Origin: Scyliorhinus canicula
Lineage: Eukaryota
Reading direction: 5' to 3'
Length of the DNA stretch: 64,000 nt
Assembly: GCF_902713615.1 (NCBI RefSeq)
Contig: NC_052155.1
Coordinates: forward strand, 123,777,031-123,841,030
Made by a program: the position numbers and the translations under genes. The notes under the pieces are model-generated. The model ran no database searches. It was not told where the DNA came from and saw nothing but the letters and a program-made list of their open reading frames with translations. Within the stretch, counting starts at the first letter, position 1; every line of letters begins with the position of its first letter. This document shows positions 12,873 through 27,329 of the stretch, one piece after another.

Positions 12873-15119
12873 CGAGGTCTTAGCCACGAGGATAGAGGAC
12901 AGTGTGCTGCAGATTATCCACGAGGATCAAACGGGGTTTGTGAAGGGGAGGCAGCTGAACACGAATATACGGGGGCTCTTGAACGTTATAATGATGCCGG
13001 CGGTAGAAGGGGAGGCGGAGATAGTGGTGGCGCTAGATGCGGAGAAGGCCTTTGATAGGGTCGAGTGGGGGTACTTGTGGGAGGTGCTGGAAAGGTTTGG
13101 GTTTGGGGAGGGGTTTGTTAGTTGGGTGAGGCTGTTGTATGAGGCCCCGATGGCGAGTGTGGCCACGAATAAGAGGAGGTCAGAGTATTTCCGATTATAT
13201 CGAGGGACGAGGCGGGGGTGTCCCCTGTCCCCCCCTACTTTTTGAGCTGGCAATTGAACCCCTGGCTATGGCCCTGAGGGAGTCGGGGGATTGGAGGGGG
13301 CTTGTCCAGGGTGGGGAGGAGCACCGCTCTATGCGGACGACCTCTTGTTGTATGTGGCGGACCCGGTGGGGGAATGCCGGTGGTGATGGGGATTCTCTGG
13401 GAATTTGGGGATTTCTCAGGGTATAAGCTTAACTTTGGGAAAAGCGAGCTGTTTGTGATGCACTCGGGGGACCAGGAAGGGGGGGGGGGGGGGGGGGGTG
13501 GGGGGGGGGGATTTGGAGGCTCCCACTGAAAAGGGCGGAGAGGAGCTTCAGGTACTTGGGGGTTCAGGTGGCCAGGAGCTGGGGGCCTTGCATAAGCTTA
13601 ACCTCACAAGGCTGGTGGAGCAAATGGAGGAGGAGTTTAAGAGGTGGGACATGCTGCCGCTGTCTCTGGCGGGTAGGGTGCAGTCAGTCAGGATGACGGC
13701 GCTCCCAAGGTTTCTGTTCCTGTTCCAGTGCCTCCCCATCCTTATCCCGAAGGCCTTTTTTAGGCGGGTTAACAGGAGCATTACGGGGTTTGTGTGGGCA
13801 GCACGGGACTCCAAGGTGAGACGGGTGGTGTTCTTGGAGTGGGGGGGGGGGGGGATTGGGCTGGCGTTGCCCAACCTCTGTGGGTATTATTGGGGCATGC
13901 CAACGCAGCGATGGTGCGTAAGTGGGTAATGGACGGGGAGGGGCAGCATGGAAGAGGATGGGAGAGGCATCCTGTGTGGGCTCGAGCATGGAGCGCTGGT
14001 AACTGGCGCCGCTGCGGCTCCCTCCAACGAGGTATACCACGAGCCCAGTGGTGGCAGCTACCCTCAAGATTTGGGGGCCATGGAGGCAGCACAGGGGGGA
14101 GGTGGGGGCCTCGATGGGGTCCCCGATACCGGGGGAACCACCGGTTGTTCCGGGGAGAATTGATGGCGGGGTTCCTGAGTTGGCACAGTGGCAGGAGGCT
14201 GGGGGACCTGTTCATAGACGGGAAGTTCGCAGAGCCTGGGTGAGCTGGATGGGAAGTTTGGGCTCCCCGGGAACACCGTTCGGTAATGCAAGTGAGGGCA
14301 TTTGTCAGGCGGCAGGTTGGCGGGGTTCAGGACAGGGTGCTCTCGGGGGGTGTGGGTTGAGAGGGGAGGAGATCTCTGAAGCGTACCAGGTGAGTGCAGG
14401 AGGTAGACGAGGCCTCGGTGGAGGAGCTGAAAGGTAAATGAGAGGAGGAGCTGGGTGAGGAGATTGACGAGGAGACGTGGGCGGATGCCCTGGAAAGGGT
14501 GAACTCCTCCTCTTCTTGTGCAAGGCTTGGCCTCATACAGTGTTAAGGGTGCTGCATAGGGCGCATATGACCGTGGGCAAGGATGAGCCGGTTTTTGGGA
14601 GCGAGGACAGGTGTATTAGGTGCTCTGGGGGTCCAGCAAACCATGTCCACATATTCTGGGCATGCCCAGCGCTGGGGGAATTTTGGAAGGGTGTAGCAAG
14701 GACGGTATCGAGGGTGGTAGGATCCAGGGTCAATCCAGGCTGGGAACTCGCAATATTTGGGGTTGCAGTGGAGCCGAGAGTGCAGGAGGCAAAAGAGGCG
14801 TTGTTCTGGCCTTTGCGTCCCTAGTAGCCCGGCGGAGGATTCTTCTTCAGTGGAAGGTTGAGGCCCCCAAGCGTGGAGGCCTTGGTCAACGATATGGGGG
14901 GGTTATTAAATTGGAGAGGGTGAAATTTGCCCTGGGGGGGGGGGCGGTGGTCTCTTTGTTTTTATTTTGGGTGAAATCTTTGTCAACGACAGCCGTTTAT
15001 TTTATTTTTTCTCTTTTGTATTCTGGGGGGGGTGGGGGGTGGGGTGTTCTTGGATATTTTCTGTTACTGTTTTCGTTTTTGTGAAAATTTTAATAAAATT
15101 TTTTTTAAAATAAAAAAAA
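12873..15119 (+). mobile_element. 5'-truncated L1-clade LINE (RT to 3' poly-A), frameshifted
   Basis: DQTGFVKGRQLNTNIR...LDAEKAFDRVEW...GTRRGCPLSP; YADDLLLY; LPLSLAGRVQSVRM; CCHC knuckle CIRCSGGPANHVHIFWACP; AATAAA plus A-tail. Confidence 0.92.
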
Positions 15120-15269
15120 TTAATTGATTCATTCGGGTCCTCCTGCCATCCTTTGCTTAGGCCTGTATGTGACCAGACCCACAACAATGGCCCAGCAAGC
15201 CATTCGGCGGTAGTAATCTATTACACAAAAATAATAAAACTGACGGACCATCTGACATCGACCGAGACA

Positions 15270-17430
15270 ATGGCCAGCACAAAGGCACACCCAGTGGCCA
15301 GCACAAAAGTGCACTCAACCCTGTAAAAGCCCTTCTTTTGGTAGACTGTCCCAAATATTAGTCAGGCAACAACCTGATATTAGTCGGGCAACAACCTGAC
15401 ATTGCTGATAACACAGAACCATAACTTTCAACCAATGTTCTGAACTCCTCCGTGATGATTCCCGGCTATGACCTGACCCACCAGAGATGGTGGCAAAGTG
15501 GTATAGAGTCAAGGAATGAGTGGTTGTAGGATCATTAATGTTGATTCCTGACCCCATGAAGCCTCGTTACATTAGATCAAATATAAGCAAGAAGATCTTT
15601 GACTGATTGCCCCCATTGCCATCTCAACTCCTAAATCGGTGCTCCATGTTGAACTCCATTTGGAAGAGATAGCAAAGATACAGAATGCACAATGGGATGG
15701 AGGACGTGGTCAGCAAAAGTGGATTGATAATTACGCAACTGAGTTGGCTGAGTCCCGAAGGAGATGGCTGCTAAAGAGGTTACAGAACCTATTTGACACC
15801 TCCCTCACCAATTTAGCTGACATAGATGCATCTGACCATGACTGTAGTGTTGTGTGATAACGGCACAGTTCTTATGGAGTAGGTGTCAGACTTCACACCC
15901 GAGTGCATCTGCTATCATGTGTGGTCCTACCACTGTGCTAATTGGGATAGATTCAGAATAGATACAGCAGTTCAAAACTGGTCATCGGTGAGGTACTGTT
16001 GACCATGAGCAGAATTTTAATCCACTACCGTGTGTAACCTCATTGCCTGGAAACTTGCTCATCCAGCATTATCATCAAGCTAGGGACCAAGAAACCTCAA
16101 AGAGCAGTACAGAAAAACATGTCAGGGGTGTTGCCAACCAAAAACCAAAAATTTATGTACCGAGTGAAACTATGATGCAACTGCATTTTAAACAGAGGAA
16201 ACAGCATGTCTTGGCAGAGATAAGCAATTCCAAACCAGTGGATCAGTTCAAAGCTCTGCAGTCCTGGCACAAAGTTGTCCATTGCCATTCACAACTAATG
16301 GGGGGAAGAGGAGGCTCTGTGCATATCGTCATCAATAGTAGTGGATCCCAGAACATCAATGCACTAGACAAGGGTGAAGAATATGCAACTATCTTCTGCC
16401 AGTAGGGCTGAGCAGATGATTCACCATGGTCTCCTCCTCCGCTTCCGACATCACAGATGGCAGCCTTCAGCCAACTGTTTTTTAATTTTTTCATGGGATG
16501 TGAGCATCACTGGCAAGGCCAGTATTTGTTGCACACACTAAATGACCTTGAGACTGTGATGGTGTGCTGTCACCTTCAACTGCTGCTATCTGTCTGGTGT
16601 AGGTACATGCATGTGCACCCACGGGGAAGGTGTTACATGATTGTTTCAGTCAAGGTATTGTGTGGCCTGGAAGAAATCTCACGGATGCTGTTTCATCCAT
16701 CTATTGCCATTGTCCTTCAGCATGATGAGAGATCCCGAGTTTGGAAGGTGCTGTTGAAGGAGCCTTGATGAGTTGCTACAGTGCATCTTCTATGGTATAC
16801 GTGACTGTTAGCTTCTGGCTGCTGTTGAGTAAAGAGTGAAGAGTTCTGCTCCGTTCCCAAACATCTTTATTTTCCTTCAATCACACTCTATAAGAAATTT
16901 TACCATCACACACAAGTGCCACCTGCAGTCCCTTTACATATCAGTGTCAATTATTGGATACTTAACATCAATTTGACATGTAATTGGAATGTTTCTTAAC
17001 CCATTCCTAACATGACTGGCACTGATGCTGGTGGAGGAAGGTGATGGAAGGGGTGCTGAATAAGTGCTTTGGCCCGAATGGTGTTGAACTTCTTGTGTGC
17101 TGGAGCTACACACATCCAGGCAAATGGAGAGTATTCCATTGCACATGTTTCTAGTAGATGGCTTTGGGGAGTCAGGAGGTGAGGTACTCTGTGAATTCCC
17201 AGCCTCTGGCCTGCTCTGGTATTCTCCGTATGTATATGGTGGTATATGATTGGTCCAGTTCAGGTTCTGGTCAATGGGAACCCCAAGGATGTTGGTGGGG
17301 ATTCAGTGATGGTAATGGTGATGCCATTGAATGTCATGGGAAGATGGTTGAATGCCCTCACATTGGAGATGGTCATTGACCAGGATTTGTGTGGCACGAA
17401 TGTTGCTTTCCACTTAACTAGCCCAAGCCT
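15270..17430. mobile_element. Degenerate CR1-clade LINE family B fragments (+ 15270-16470; - 16476-17430)
   Basis: Similarity to 23020-23540, 34005-35340, 36175-36810 and 41440-41965. Confidence 0.65.
16806..17012 (-). mobile_element. Short solo LTR (207 bp) with 4-bp TSD
   Basis: TGTTAG...CTAACA termini flanked by tgac/tgac; AATAAA on the minus strand. Confidence 0.8.
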
Positions 17431-17544
17431 AACTCCATTGGTTGGAATTTTACCAAAGATGACTGTTGGGAGGTCTTGGCCCTGGACATCACCGAAGGAC
17501 CTTTTATGACGGTCTTAGATCTGACCGTCTTATTCAGTTACTTC

Positions 17545-18776
17545 AAAATGACATTGTGCTGTTGCGTGGTCAATTTTAGCCCCCACTTAACCTGCAGTCG
17601 CAACGCCAGTAAAATTAGATTTTATATTAAAACCCTTGGTGGCTTTGGTTGAGTTAAATTGCCAAGTGACCAGTTTTATAAATTTAAACACAAGTAACCT
17701 TTTAGTACAGTATTATAATTAAATAGGCAAAAAATACAACTGGCTAGGCACTAGTGATTCTCATGTATATAATACAACGCAGAAGGGAAAGGGAAGATGA
17801 ATAATAAAATAAAAAGATAAGAGATCTTTGATTCAGATGGGTGACTTCCAGTTTCTTTCTTTCTCAAGGTTAGGGCATCAGTTGGGCACTTTCTTTTCCT
17901 TCATTGTTATGATCTTCACTGCAGACTAGTTGGTCTGTATTAGGCAATGACAGCAGAGAGAGGGAGAAAACACGGCTTCTCTTCCTTTTGAGGCTCTTGA
18001 GGCCTCCGGCAGGTATGGTCAGGGAAACAAAACACCTGGCAGGAACCATTCGCTGACTTGTCAGACAGAGCACTGTCCCTGGTGGACCCACCGGTTGTCA
18101 GTTAGTCAATCAAATTGTTTCTTTCTTTTTTTAAATGTTTTTATTGGCTTTTCTCTTATTTATAAACAGTTCTGTGTATACATTTTTCTTGCCCGTGCTA
18201 ATTTACTTTATTGTACAGATGTTCATTTTGTCCTTCATTTAACTAATTCTATGTACAATTCGTTGCCCTCTGGATAGGTGTATAATCCCCCCCCCCCAAA
18301 CCCATCACATTGAGAGAGGAGACGAGCCCGGAAATGAGACAGCACAGTCCCGCACAAAACATAAAACACGTGCTCAGTTCATGTTCTTATTGTCCTTGTT
18401 TGTAGTCTGTCCTCCGCTCTTTTTTCCGATTTAGGATTTTCTCCCGGTCTTGGAACTGATGCTCAGTCGGGACCAGTTTGCGCGCTTAGGCACAAGGTCT
18501 CCACGGGGAACGGGACACGGCTGTTCTCTTCCCCCCCCCCTCAGAACCTCTGCTGCCTGCGACCGCTCCCCCCACCGTAAGTCAAATCCCTCAAACTGGT
18601 TCTGAAGATGCACTTGATGCCGAAGAGTCTGAACTCTTCCCTCCAAAATATGAAACCTAGGACAAGCCATCCTGGCAGGCACTCTGCCTTAAAGGCATAA
18701 TTATGGGCCCAAGTACCAAAAATAATAAAGTAAAAGAAATGGGAACAAAGGAAAGAAACAGAGAAGGACTCTTACA
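17545..18776 (-). mobile_element. Diverged LTR family A copy interrupted by an L1-like 3' end (about 18118-18600)
   Basis: Reverse-complement similarity to 1236-1330, 1440-1520 and 1735-1900. Confidence 0.7.
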
Positions 18777-21012
18777 CTCAAAGGCCGGAAATAGGGATGT
18801 TTGCCTGAGTGTGTGGAGGAGACATGCGATCGAGACCTTCAAAGAACAATTGGAAGAGCACTTGGTCTGCAGAGCTGTGGGGAAAGGCTGGCCAAAGGCA
18901 GACCAGTGGGGCTAGGTGTATTCTTGCAGATAGCTGTTATTGACAGGACTGGTTGAATGCCACCCTCCTCCTGACCTGGAGTCAAACTACGATTGAATGA
19001 TATTCCGTTTCATTTGCAACTTTTCAGTGAAGCAGCCAGCACTCCTATACAACAAGATGATATCCAGGCCTGAATGAATGGGTAGCAAGTAAAACTTGCA
19101 CCACATAAATTTCCATCACTGAATCCCCCACCATTAACACCTCGGAAGTAAGGAAGGGGGAGGTCACTGTTGACTAGAAACATAACTGGGCCAGCAACCT
19201 AAATACTGTACTGTGGCGACCAGCGCAGGTCAGCCACTGGGAGTTCTGTGGTGAGTAACTCGCTTGCTGACTACTCAAAGCCTATCTACCATCTATCTCC
19301 AAGGCACAAGTCGGGATTCAATTTGCTCCACTTAACACACTTGTAAGCTTCACCTCATCCAGGAGAAAGACGGCTTGATTGGCACTTCTTCCCCTTAAAC
19401 ATTTGCTCCCTCCAGCATTGACAGTGTATACCATCTGCAACAGGATTGTTCAACATATGGCCTGCAACGCAGAGTTAGGCCCAGCAAAGGCTCCTATCTG
19501 GTTCATGGACCATTGTTCCAGAAAACGTTACCTGCCTGGGAAATTTTTGTGTACAAGTCGTTAATGGTGGCGTTATATTCAGCCATTGTGAATCTCACAG
19601 CCAAGTCCAATCCTATCCTTCGCCTTGTACTTTCAAGCAATGGTCACTGAACAGTAGTGAAGTGCAGAATTTCTTCTTTCAATTTACTAGTCATGAATAA
19701 TGAGGTTAATTGGTTTGGCTGGAAGCATCCTTGCTAAGGTTTACCAGCCAGCACTTGAGTTTGAAATCTTGGTGCTCTTGGGTTGGCTTTGAACCTTCAG
19801 AGAAGTTTTTTCTGTACCACTGTGGCAATTTGTGCCTGGGGAAGAGTATAACAGGATTTTCGTAAAATGAGTGCACAAACTGTGACCACATAATAAGAAT
19901 TAAGTTTAATTGATATTGGTTTGAAAAAAGCATCACTTGTGTGATATCTATCTGCTGGTCTTTATTGTTGCACTGCCTAAACTTGCTGACCCAGATTTCA
20001 AGGTCAGAATAGCATTTGTCAGTTTTCCTGAATGGTGCAAAAGTAGTGACTAATGCTGTGCAAAGGATGGAGGATAAGTCATTGTTAATGAGAACTACTT
20101 CAGCACATTTATACTATGAAGTTTTATCACCATTTTGGTTCCTGTGACCATTTACTACTTTCTTAACAGCCATCGAGACGTGCTGTCTTGGAGGCAGGGA
20201 GGTTTAGGAAGAGCATTGCAGAATATATGCTTTGGGGAAGAGTTGTCCTCAGAAAGCCAATATGCTGGGCTGGGATGCATAGTTAACGAGAGGTGATTCA
20301 AATGCATGATGGAGAATTGTTTTCGCAGTATCAGATAATTGAGGAATCGCCTGCCACATTAGTATGGCACTGTAGCGTCTACAATGGCAGATATCTCATG
20401 AAACCAGTCTCCAATATTGTTTATGAAGTAAGTTAATAGATTACTCTTTTCATGTGAAACTTGTTCATAAAAATGTACACTTTTCCATTTTGTTAAGCAG
20501 TGAGATAAATTTCTGATGCCTTATCTTCCTTGATTTTGCTCCCCTTCCCTCTAAATGAGGGGAAAATGGAAATGCAGCCCCTCGTGCAAAATGTTTGGGG
20601 GACACCCCCCTCCCCGATCTAAAAGATGCACTACAGCAGCTTGCCGAAGCTTCTTCAACAGTACTTCCCAAATCGATGATCTCTGCCACAAAGAGGAATA
20701 AGGGCGCTAGGGCTATGGGAACACACTTTCCAAGCTCCATCCCATCCTGACTTGGAACTATATTGGTCCTCCTTCAGTGCCATTTGGTCAAAATCTCAGT
20801 GCTAATCACTGCGCTACCATGCCGCCAATCAAAAGCACTAATACTCTGCCTTGATTTTTAGCCAATTTTTAAAGTAATTACTGTAGTTCAATTTCCTGAC
20901 AAAACAATGCCTGTATCACTCTGTGCTGCAAGTGCCTAGTTAGCAAATTTATATTTTGTTGTTTCAGTACTGCGATCCCTGTCAAACCTCTTGGTGCAAT
21001 AATTATCAAGAT

Positions 21013-21333
21013 GGGCAGCACGGTAGCTCAGTGGTTAGCACAGTTGCTTCACAGCTCCAGCGTCCCAGGATCGATTCCCAGCTTGGGTCACAGTCTGTGC
21101 AGAGTCTGCACGTTCTCCCAGTGTCTGCATGGGTTTCCTCCGGTTGCTCTGGTTTCCTCCCACAGTCCAAAGATGTGCAGGTTAGGTGGATTGGCCGTGC
21201 TAAATTGCCCTTGGTGTCCAAAAGGTTAAGTGGGTTACGGGGATTTGGTGGGGTGTGGGCTTGAGTAGGGTGCTCTTTCCAAGGGCCGGTGCAGACTCGA
21301 TAGGCTGAATGGCCTCCTGCACGGTATCTATGA
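21013..21333 (+). mobile_element. V-SINE/HE1-like SINE
   Basis: gggcagcacggtagctcagtggttagc head, conserved core, tail. Confidence 0.9.
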
Positions 21334-21789
21334 AGGTAACCTAATCAAGTGCAACACAGGGTGCAGTAGTTTGCACTGATGTCTCAAGGCGCTGAGGTTC
21401 CAGGTTCGACCCCAGCTCTGAGTCAAGATGTTCTGTTAAAACTGTCTGGATGGGGTTCGCGTGATGGGCACTGGAACGGCTGTTTTGGCCAGCTCCAGCT
21501 CTGCCCATCTTTTAATCTGTCTTTTCATCCGTGTGCTTTTTTCTTTGCTTGGTCACATATATTCTGAGAATTGTTCAGTCTGTCTTTTTGCATGACCAGG
21601 CAGAGTTAGAATGGTTAAATCCTTCCTTGTTCATGGAGAATGGCAGGAGTTTGGCTGAGGCCCTGCCTTTGGTGGCACAGTTGCTTTTCAGTGGGCTCCC
21701 GCCCTGACTGTGTGATGCACATTGGCAAATGATGGCAGCCAATAGGGATGCTGTTCTGGCTGGAAATCGTGGCTCTGAGGTGCAGGTTG

Positions 21790-24080
21790 TCAAAGCCCAA
21801 CTTGATATACGAAAGGTAAGAGAGAGGCAAGAATGGACATTGAACCACTGGAATATGAGGCTGGTGAAGCAGTAATGGGGAACAAAGAAATGGCAGAGGA
21901 ACTGAATAGGTACTTTGCATCAGTCTTCACAGTGGAAGACACGAGTGGCATACAGTCAGGTGGCAGAGGTGAATGTAGTCGCCATCACAAAGGAGAAGGT
22001 GCTGGGGAAGCGGAAATAACTAAAGGTGGATAAATCACCTGGACTGGGTGGACTACTCCCTGGCGTTCTGCAGGAGATAACTGAGCAGACTGTAGAGGCA
22101 TTGGTGGTGATCTTTCAGGAATCACCGGAGTCGGGGAGGCTCCCAGAGGACTGGAAAATGGTTGATGTTACACCCCTGTTTAAGAAGTGAGGCAGAAGGT
22201 AGATATAGGCTGATTAGCCTAACTTCGGTTGTTGTGAGCCCATTATTAAGGATGAAATTGTGGTGTGTTTGGAAGTGAATGGTAAAATAGGACTGAGTCA
22301 GCATGGCTTCATCAAGGGGATGTCACGCCTGACAAATCACATAGAATTCTTTGCGGAGGTAACCAGAAAGTTCGATCACATTCACTGGCTCTCTGTCTAT
22401 TTGGATTTCCTGGAAGCCTTTGACAAGGTGCTATACAGGAGACCACTAAATATGGTAAGAGCCAATGATGTTGGGAGCAAGGTACTGGATGGAGGATTGG
22501 CTGACTGGCAGAAGGTAGGGAGTGGGGATAAAGGGGTCTTTTTCAAGATGGTAGCTGGTGACTAGTAGTGTTCCGCAGGGGTCAGCGTTTGGACCACAAC
22601 TAATCAAGATATACGTTCAGGATCTCGGGGCATTGCTGCTATGTTTGCAGGGCATTGCTGCTATGTTTGCAGATGATACAGAGATATGTGGAGGAACAGG
22701 TATTGTTGAGGAAGTAGGGAGGCTGAAGGCTAGGCAAGTGGGCAAAGAAGTGGCCGGTGGAATACAGTGTGGAAAAGTGAGGTTATACACTTTAGTAGGA
22801 AGAAGAGGTATCGACTATTTTCTAAATGGGCAAGGTTTTGGCAGTCTGAAGCACAAGACAAGTCCTAGTTCAGGATTCTCTTAAGGTTAACCTCCAGGTT
22901 CAGTTGGCAGTTAGGAAGGCAAATGCAATGTTAGCATTCATGTTGAGAAGGCTATAAAGAAGAGCAGGGATGTAGAGCCGAGGCTTTATATGGCTCTGGT
23001 CAGACTCCATTTGGAATATATATTTTTTAATTAATTTATGGGATATGGGCATCGCTGGTTCAGCCAGTATTTATTGCCCATCCCTAGTTGCCCTTCAGAA
23101 GGTGGTGGTGAATTGCCTCCTTGAACCACTGCAGTCCTTGAGGTGTAGGTACACCCACTGTGCCGTTGGGGAGGGAATTCCAGGATGTTGCCCCAGCGAC
23201 AGTGAAGGAACGGTGATATATTTCCAAGTCAGGGTGGTGGGTAACTTGGAGGGAAACCTCCAGGTGGTTATGTTCCCAGGTATCTTTTGCTCTTGTCCTA
23301 GATGGTAGTGGACATGGGTTAGGAAATAGTGGACATTGGTTGGAAGGTGTTGTCTAAGGAACCTCGCTGAGTTACTGCTTCTTGTAGATGGTATTCACGG
23401 CTGCCACTCTTCGTCAGTCGTGGAGGGTTTGAATATTTGTGGAAGGGGGAAAATCAAACGGGCTGCTTTGTTATGGATGGTGTCTAGCTTCTTGAGTGTT
23501 GTTCCAGGCAAGTGGAGAGTATTTCATTACACTCATGACTTGTACGTTGGGAGCAGTTTTGGGCCTTGTATCCAAGGAAAGATGTGCTAGCCTTGAAGAG
23601 GGTCCAGAGGAGATTCACAAGAATGATCCTGGGAATAAGGGCTTGTCATGATGAGTGGTTGAGAACTCTGGGTCTGTACTTGATGGAGTTTAGAAGGATC
23701 GGGGGGATCTCATTGAAACTTGCAAGATATTGAGAGGACTAGATAAAGTATACGTGGAGAAGCTGTTTCCCTGAGTAGGAGAGACTAGAACCTGAGGGCA
23801 CAGCCGTAAAAGTGAAGGGACAATCCTTTAAAATGGAGATGAGGAGGAATTTCTAGCCAGATCATGGTGAATCTGTGGAACTCTGCCGCAGAATGGCTGT
23901 GGAGACCAAATCACGGAGTGTCTTTGAGACCAAGATAGATAGGTTCCAATTTAATAAGGGGATCAAGGGTTACAGGGAGAAGGCAGGAGAATGGGGATAG
24001 GAAATATATCAACCATGATCGAATGGCAGAGCAAACTCGATGGGCCAAATTGCCTAATCCTGCTCCTTTTATCTTATTGT
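21790..24080 (+). mobile_element. CR1 LINE ORF2 3' half, interrupted at about 23020-23540 by an inverted family B 3' end
   Basis: MAEELNRYFASVFTVED, SQHGFIKG, VYLDFLEAFDKV, VPQGSAFGP, FADDT. Confidence 0.88.
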
Positions 24081-24099
24081 CTAACTCCCAAGAGTTCAT

Positions 24100-26135
24100 G
24101 TTTTTATGGAGGCAGCGGTGATGCGTGTGTGGGTTCTTGCAATAGAGCACTATCCGTAGTGGAAGCCTGCCTCCGTGCGATTGAGTTCTGCTGCATGGCC
24201 TGTAATCCACCCTAATGGAGTCGGGAGTGAGAGAGAGAAAAGTGTGTAGCTGAGTCCGGTTTCTGAGGCGAGGCGTTGGGGAGACTCCCAGTTGCGTTTG
24301 AGAGTTGGGTGCCATGTTTTGGGAATTCTGATCTGGAGACGTGGCTTTTTAAATTTGATGCAGCATACTTAATCCTGTCCCCTTGGCCTGGGGTTGGTGT
24401 GGCCTTCCGACTACTCTCCACCACCTGCCAGAGCCTGTTGACCGCCTGGGTTGTGGCAAGACGGCATGGGGGATATGATGGTGACTTGTGCTTTATTTGT
24501 CAAAATCCTTGAGGGATCCTGATGAGTACTTGTTGATCTTGATTCTCCCTTTCCTTGATTTTGGCCTTTATCGTGTGCCAGTGAAAGAAGTCTTTATCCT
24601 GAGGACCGCCTTGCATTTCTCATCTCAGTAGCTATTCTGGACTTTCCTCCTTGTTATTATGCTGTTGTCTGCTTGATGTTGTCAGTTTTTTTCCGTTTAC
24701 AGGGAAGGGAGAGTTTGGAGGTGGTAGCCTTTACCTCACCCTGACCTAATGTTGAGTACGGGATTTGTGCAGTCTTTATTTTTTATTCTTTATCCTAAAT
24801 ATATTTGGGTTTGACATGGAGGGAGGGTGTTTTTTTTGTGTTGCTCATATGCCCCCCACCCCGCGCCTAGAAGGAAGATGAGCAGAGCCGGTGGAGGGTG
24901 GGAGTTGATAAGGTTAGTTTGTCATCTCTATGATTGAGGAAGGCCCCAGTTAGAGCGAATCAGTTTTTGTTTGTTTTCTTTCAACTTTAATCCAGAGCAT
25001 CCGTGAATTTTTTTTTAGGCCCAGGCAGACTGCCTGTTATCCTGATGTGGACTGGGCTATATTTGACCCTTCCTTAGGGTTGGGTCAGTCTTTATCCTGT
25101 GACATGCCTCCCTCTGATTATTTGTAATGCTGTTGAAACATTTCTGAGGGCAATCGTGACTATGGACCAGTAGATCCATGATCTGGCTGGGTGCCCTATC
25201 CCTGTTGTCTTGGGGTGGGGAAGAGGTGTCTTGTCCTGATTGGGTCTGGGCTAGTTGCTACCATGATTGGGTGTAAGGGTTAAGGGTGTGTGGAAGAGGG
25301 AGATTAGCGATGTTCCTGTGGTCACATTCTCCTTAGTCTTTTGTGATGGTGCTGGGCTCGACCAGGCCATGCGCTGTTGCTCTCCACAATGAATGGTGGT
25401 GCCTTCTCTCTCTGGTTGCTGGTAGAGGTGTGGCTAGGCCTGACACCTGGGTGAGCAATGATTTTGGGATGGACCAAGTGTTGTACCAAGGATTATACTT
25501 TTTTCCCTGGGGTAGGAGTGCGGTCCCCCTGTGGTTCAGTTGCTGGCCGTTGTCCATTTTTATATGCCTTTGGCTGTAGCATAGGAATCTCTTATCTGAA
25601 TACATATTTCTGATAGTTCTTGATCTTGTCTTTTCCTTCCTTCTGAGGGACCCTGAAGTTATGGCTTCCATAGAGTCCCTCACGTTGTTTTTGGTTTTCT
25701 CCTGTGTACTTGTGGGGAGGTTTAGATGGCTGGTCTTGGTGCCATGGTTACACGATCAGGCCCTTTCGATAAGTAGCTATATTACGGTTATCTGCTCTGT
25801 CCTGGGTCTAGGAGGGAGTTTGATTCTGTTGTGGGTGCTCGTGTAATTCCCCAACAGCTCTGGAGTTTTTGGCGGGGTTTTTATTCATCATCTGTTATTT
25901 CTGTTCTAAAGCTATGGATATGGTGCAACTCTGTTGTTGACTGTATCCTGCTTGATGCAGACAAATTGTGCATTTGTGGCATCTGGTCTTTTTTTGTTCC
26001 TTTTGGCATTACTTTTGTTATGTGCTGTACCAGTTTTGCATTGATGCAATGGCTTTTTTTCCTCTTTGTCCTTTGTTCTGATGCGACTAATGATTTAAAA
26101 AAAAAACTTCTTCAATAAAAATACATTTTTAAAAA
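24100..26135 (+). mobile_element. Highly degenerate L1-like LINE
   Basis: GT-rich composition like the other L1 copies, ends in aataaa/A-rich tail; no clean motif. Confidence 0.45.
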
Positions 26136-26384
26136 TTTTAGTTGTCAATTGTTAACTAAGCATGAAGTTATTGCTCGAGTTTCCATTTGATTATTAGCTT
26201 TTTTTGGAAGCAATTCTCCCAAAATCAACGTAACCCAACTTTAAACACATCCCATTCAGTGAAATTGCATTTCTGAAATCGTTTGCATGGTTTGAAAAAT
26301 GTTGCGTTAGAAACGATCCCAACCTACAAAACTGGTCACTCCCTCACCTGAATGAATCTGAGCTTCTGCTAATTATGTCCATTT

Positions 26385-26597
26385 GGGGGCGGCATGGTGG
26401 TGCACTGGTTAGCACCGCTGCCTATGGCACTGAGGACCCGTTTTCAATCCTGGGCCTGGGTCACTGTCTGTGTGGAGTTTGTACATGCTCCCCATGTCTG
26501 TTTGGGTTTCACCCCACAACCCAAAGATGTGCAGGGTTGGTAGATTGGCCACACTAAATTGCCCCTTAATTAGGAAAAAATAATTGGGTACTCTTAA
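26385..26597 (+). mobile_element. V-SINE short subfamily
   Basis: tRNA head plus core; tail aaataattgggtactct also seen inverted at 59247-59473. Confidence 0.85.
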
Positions 26598-27329
26598 TGT
26601 CCATTTGCAGGCCATCAAGAAGGCAGAATTATACTAAATATTTGGATGTAAGAACATTGATAGGTATGCATTGAAAGATTTGGATTTCTTTCGTTAAGAT
26701 GGTGTTCAGAAACCAACTGCTCTAGCTCCATCTAATCAGAAGATTTTGTGCATTATTAAGTCCTTTAAAATCAGATACTCAAGTGATGGATTGATATTAA
26801 TGTTAAAATACTTATTTTTGTGATATGTATTTTTCAGCTGGATTAAACTTTACCAAGCTGCTACTCTGAAACATATTAAGGAATATTTTTGGCAACTTAA
26901 AGAAAAATCTAATTTTGCGCTGGTTCATGGTTGTTTTGTTTGGTAAAATGCAAATTGATATGTCAATGTGTGGTGGGTGGGGTGCACCTCACAATTTACA
27001 TTATAATTTTCAGTTGCAACCAAAGATGATATTCCTTCTCACTCCTGGGGCTCAATTATTGGCCATGGTATTAAAGGTGATCTTCAATATAGTAAATGTT
27101 TTTTCCAATTTTTGGTCATTTTAGCTGCTGAGAACGCTAATCTTCCAGCACTGTGGCTGTTGGGAATTCTTGAAAACGATTGCATATTTGAAGCTGAAGG
27201 AAATAGTACACCTATGTGTGTTGTGCTAGTTCTTAAGGTACTGATGATCAACTGAACAACTAAAAACTTAGAAAAGGTGCTGACCTTTATTCTCTCCTCC
27301 CCCCCCCCCCCCCCCCCCCCCCAAAATAT

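Noticed and set aside
21013-21090. tRNA genes (here and at other SINE heads)
   Set aside because: tRNA-like A/B boxes continue into SINE core and tail; these are tRNA-derived SINE heads.
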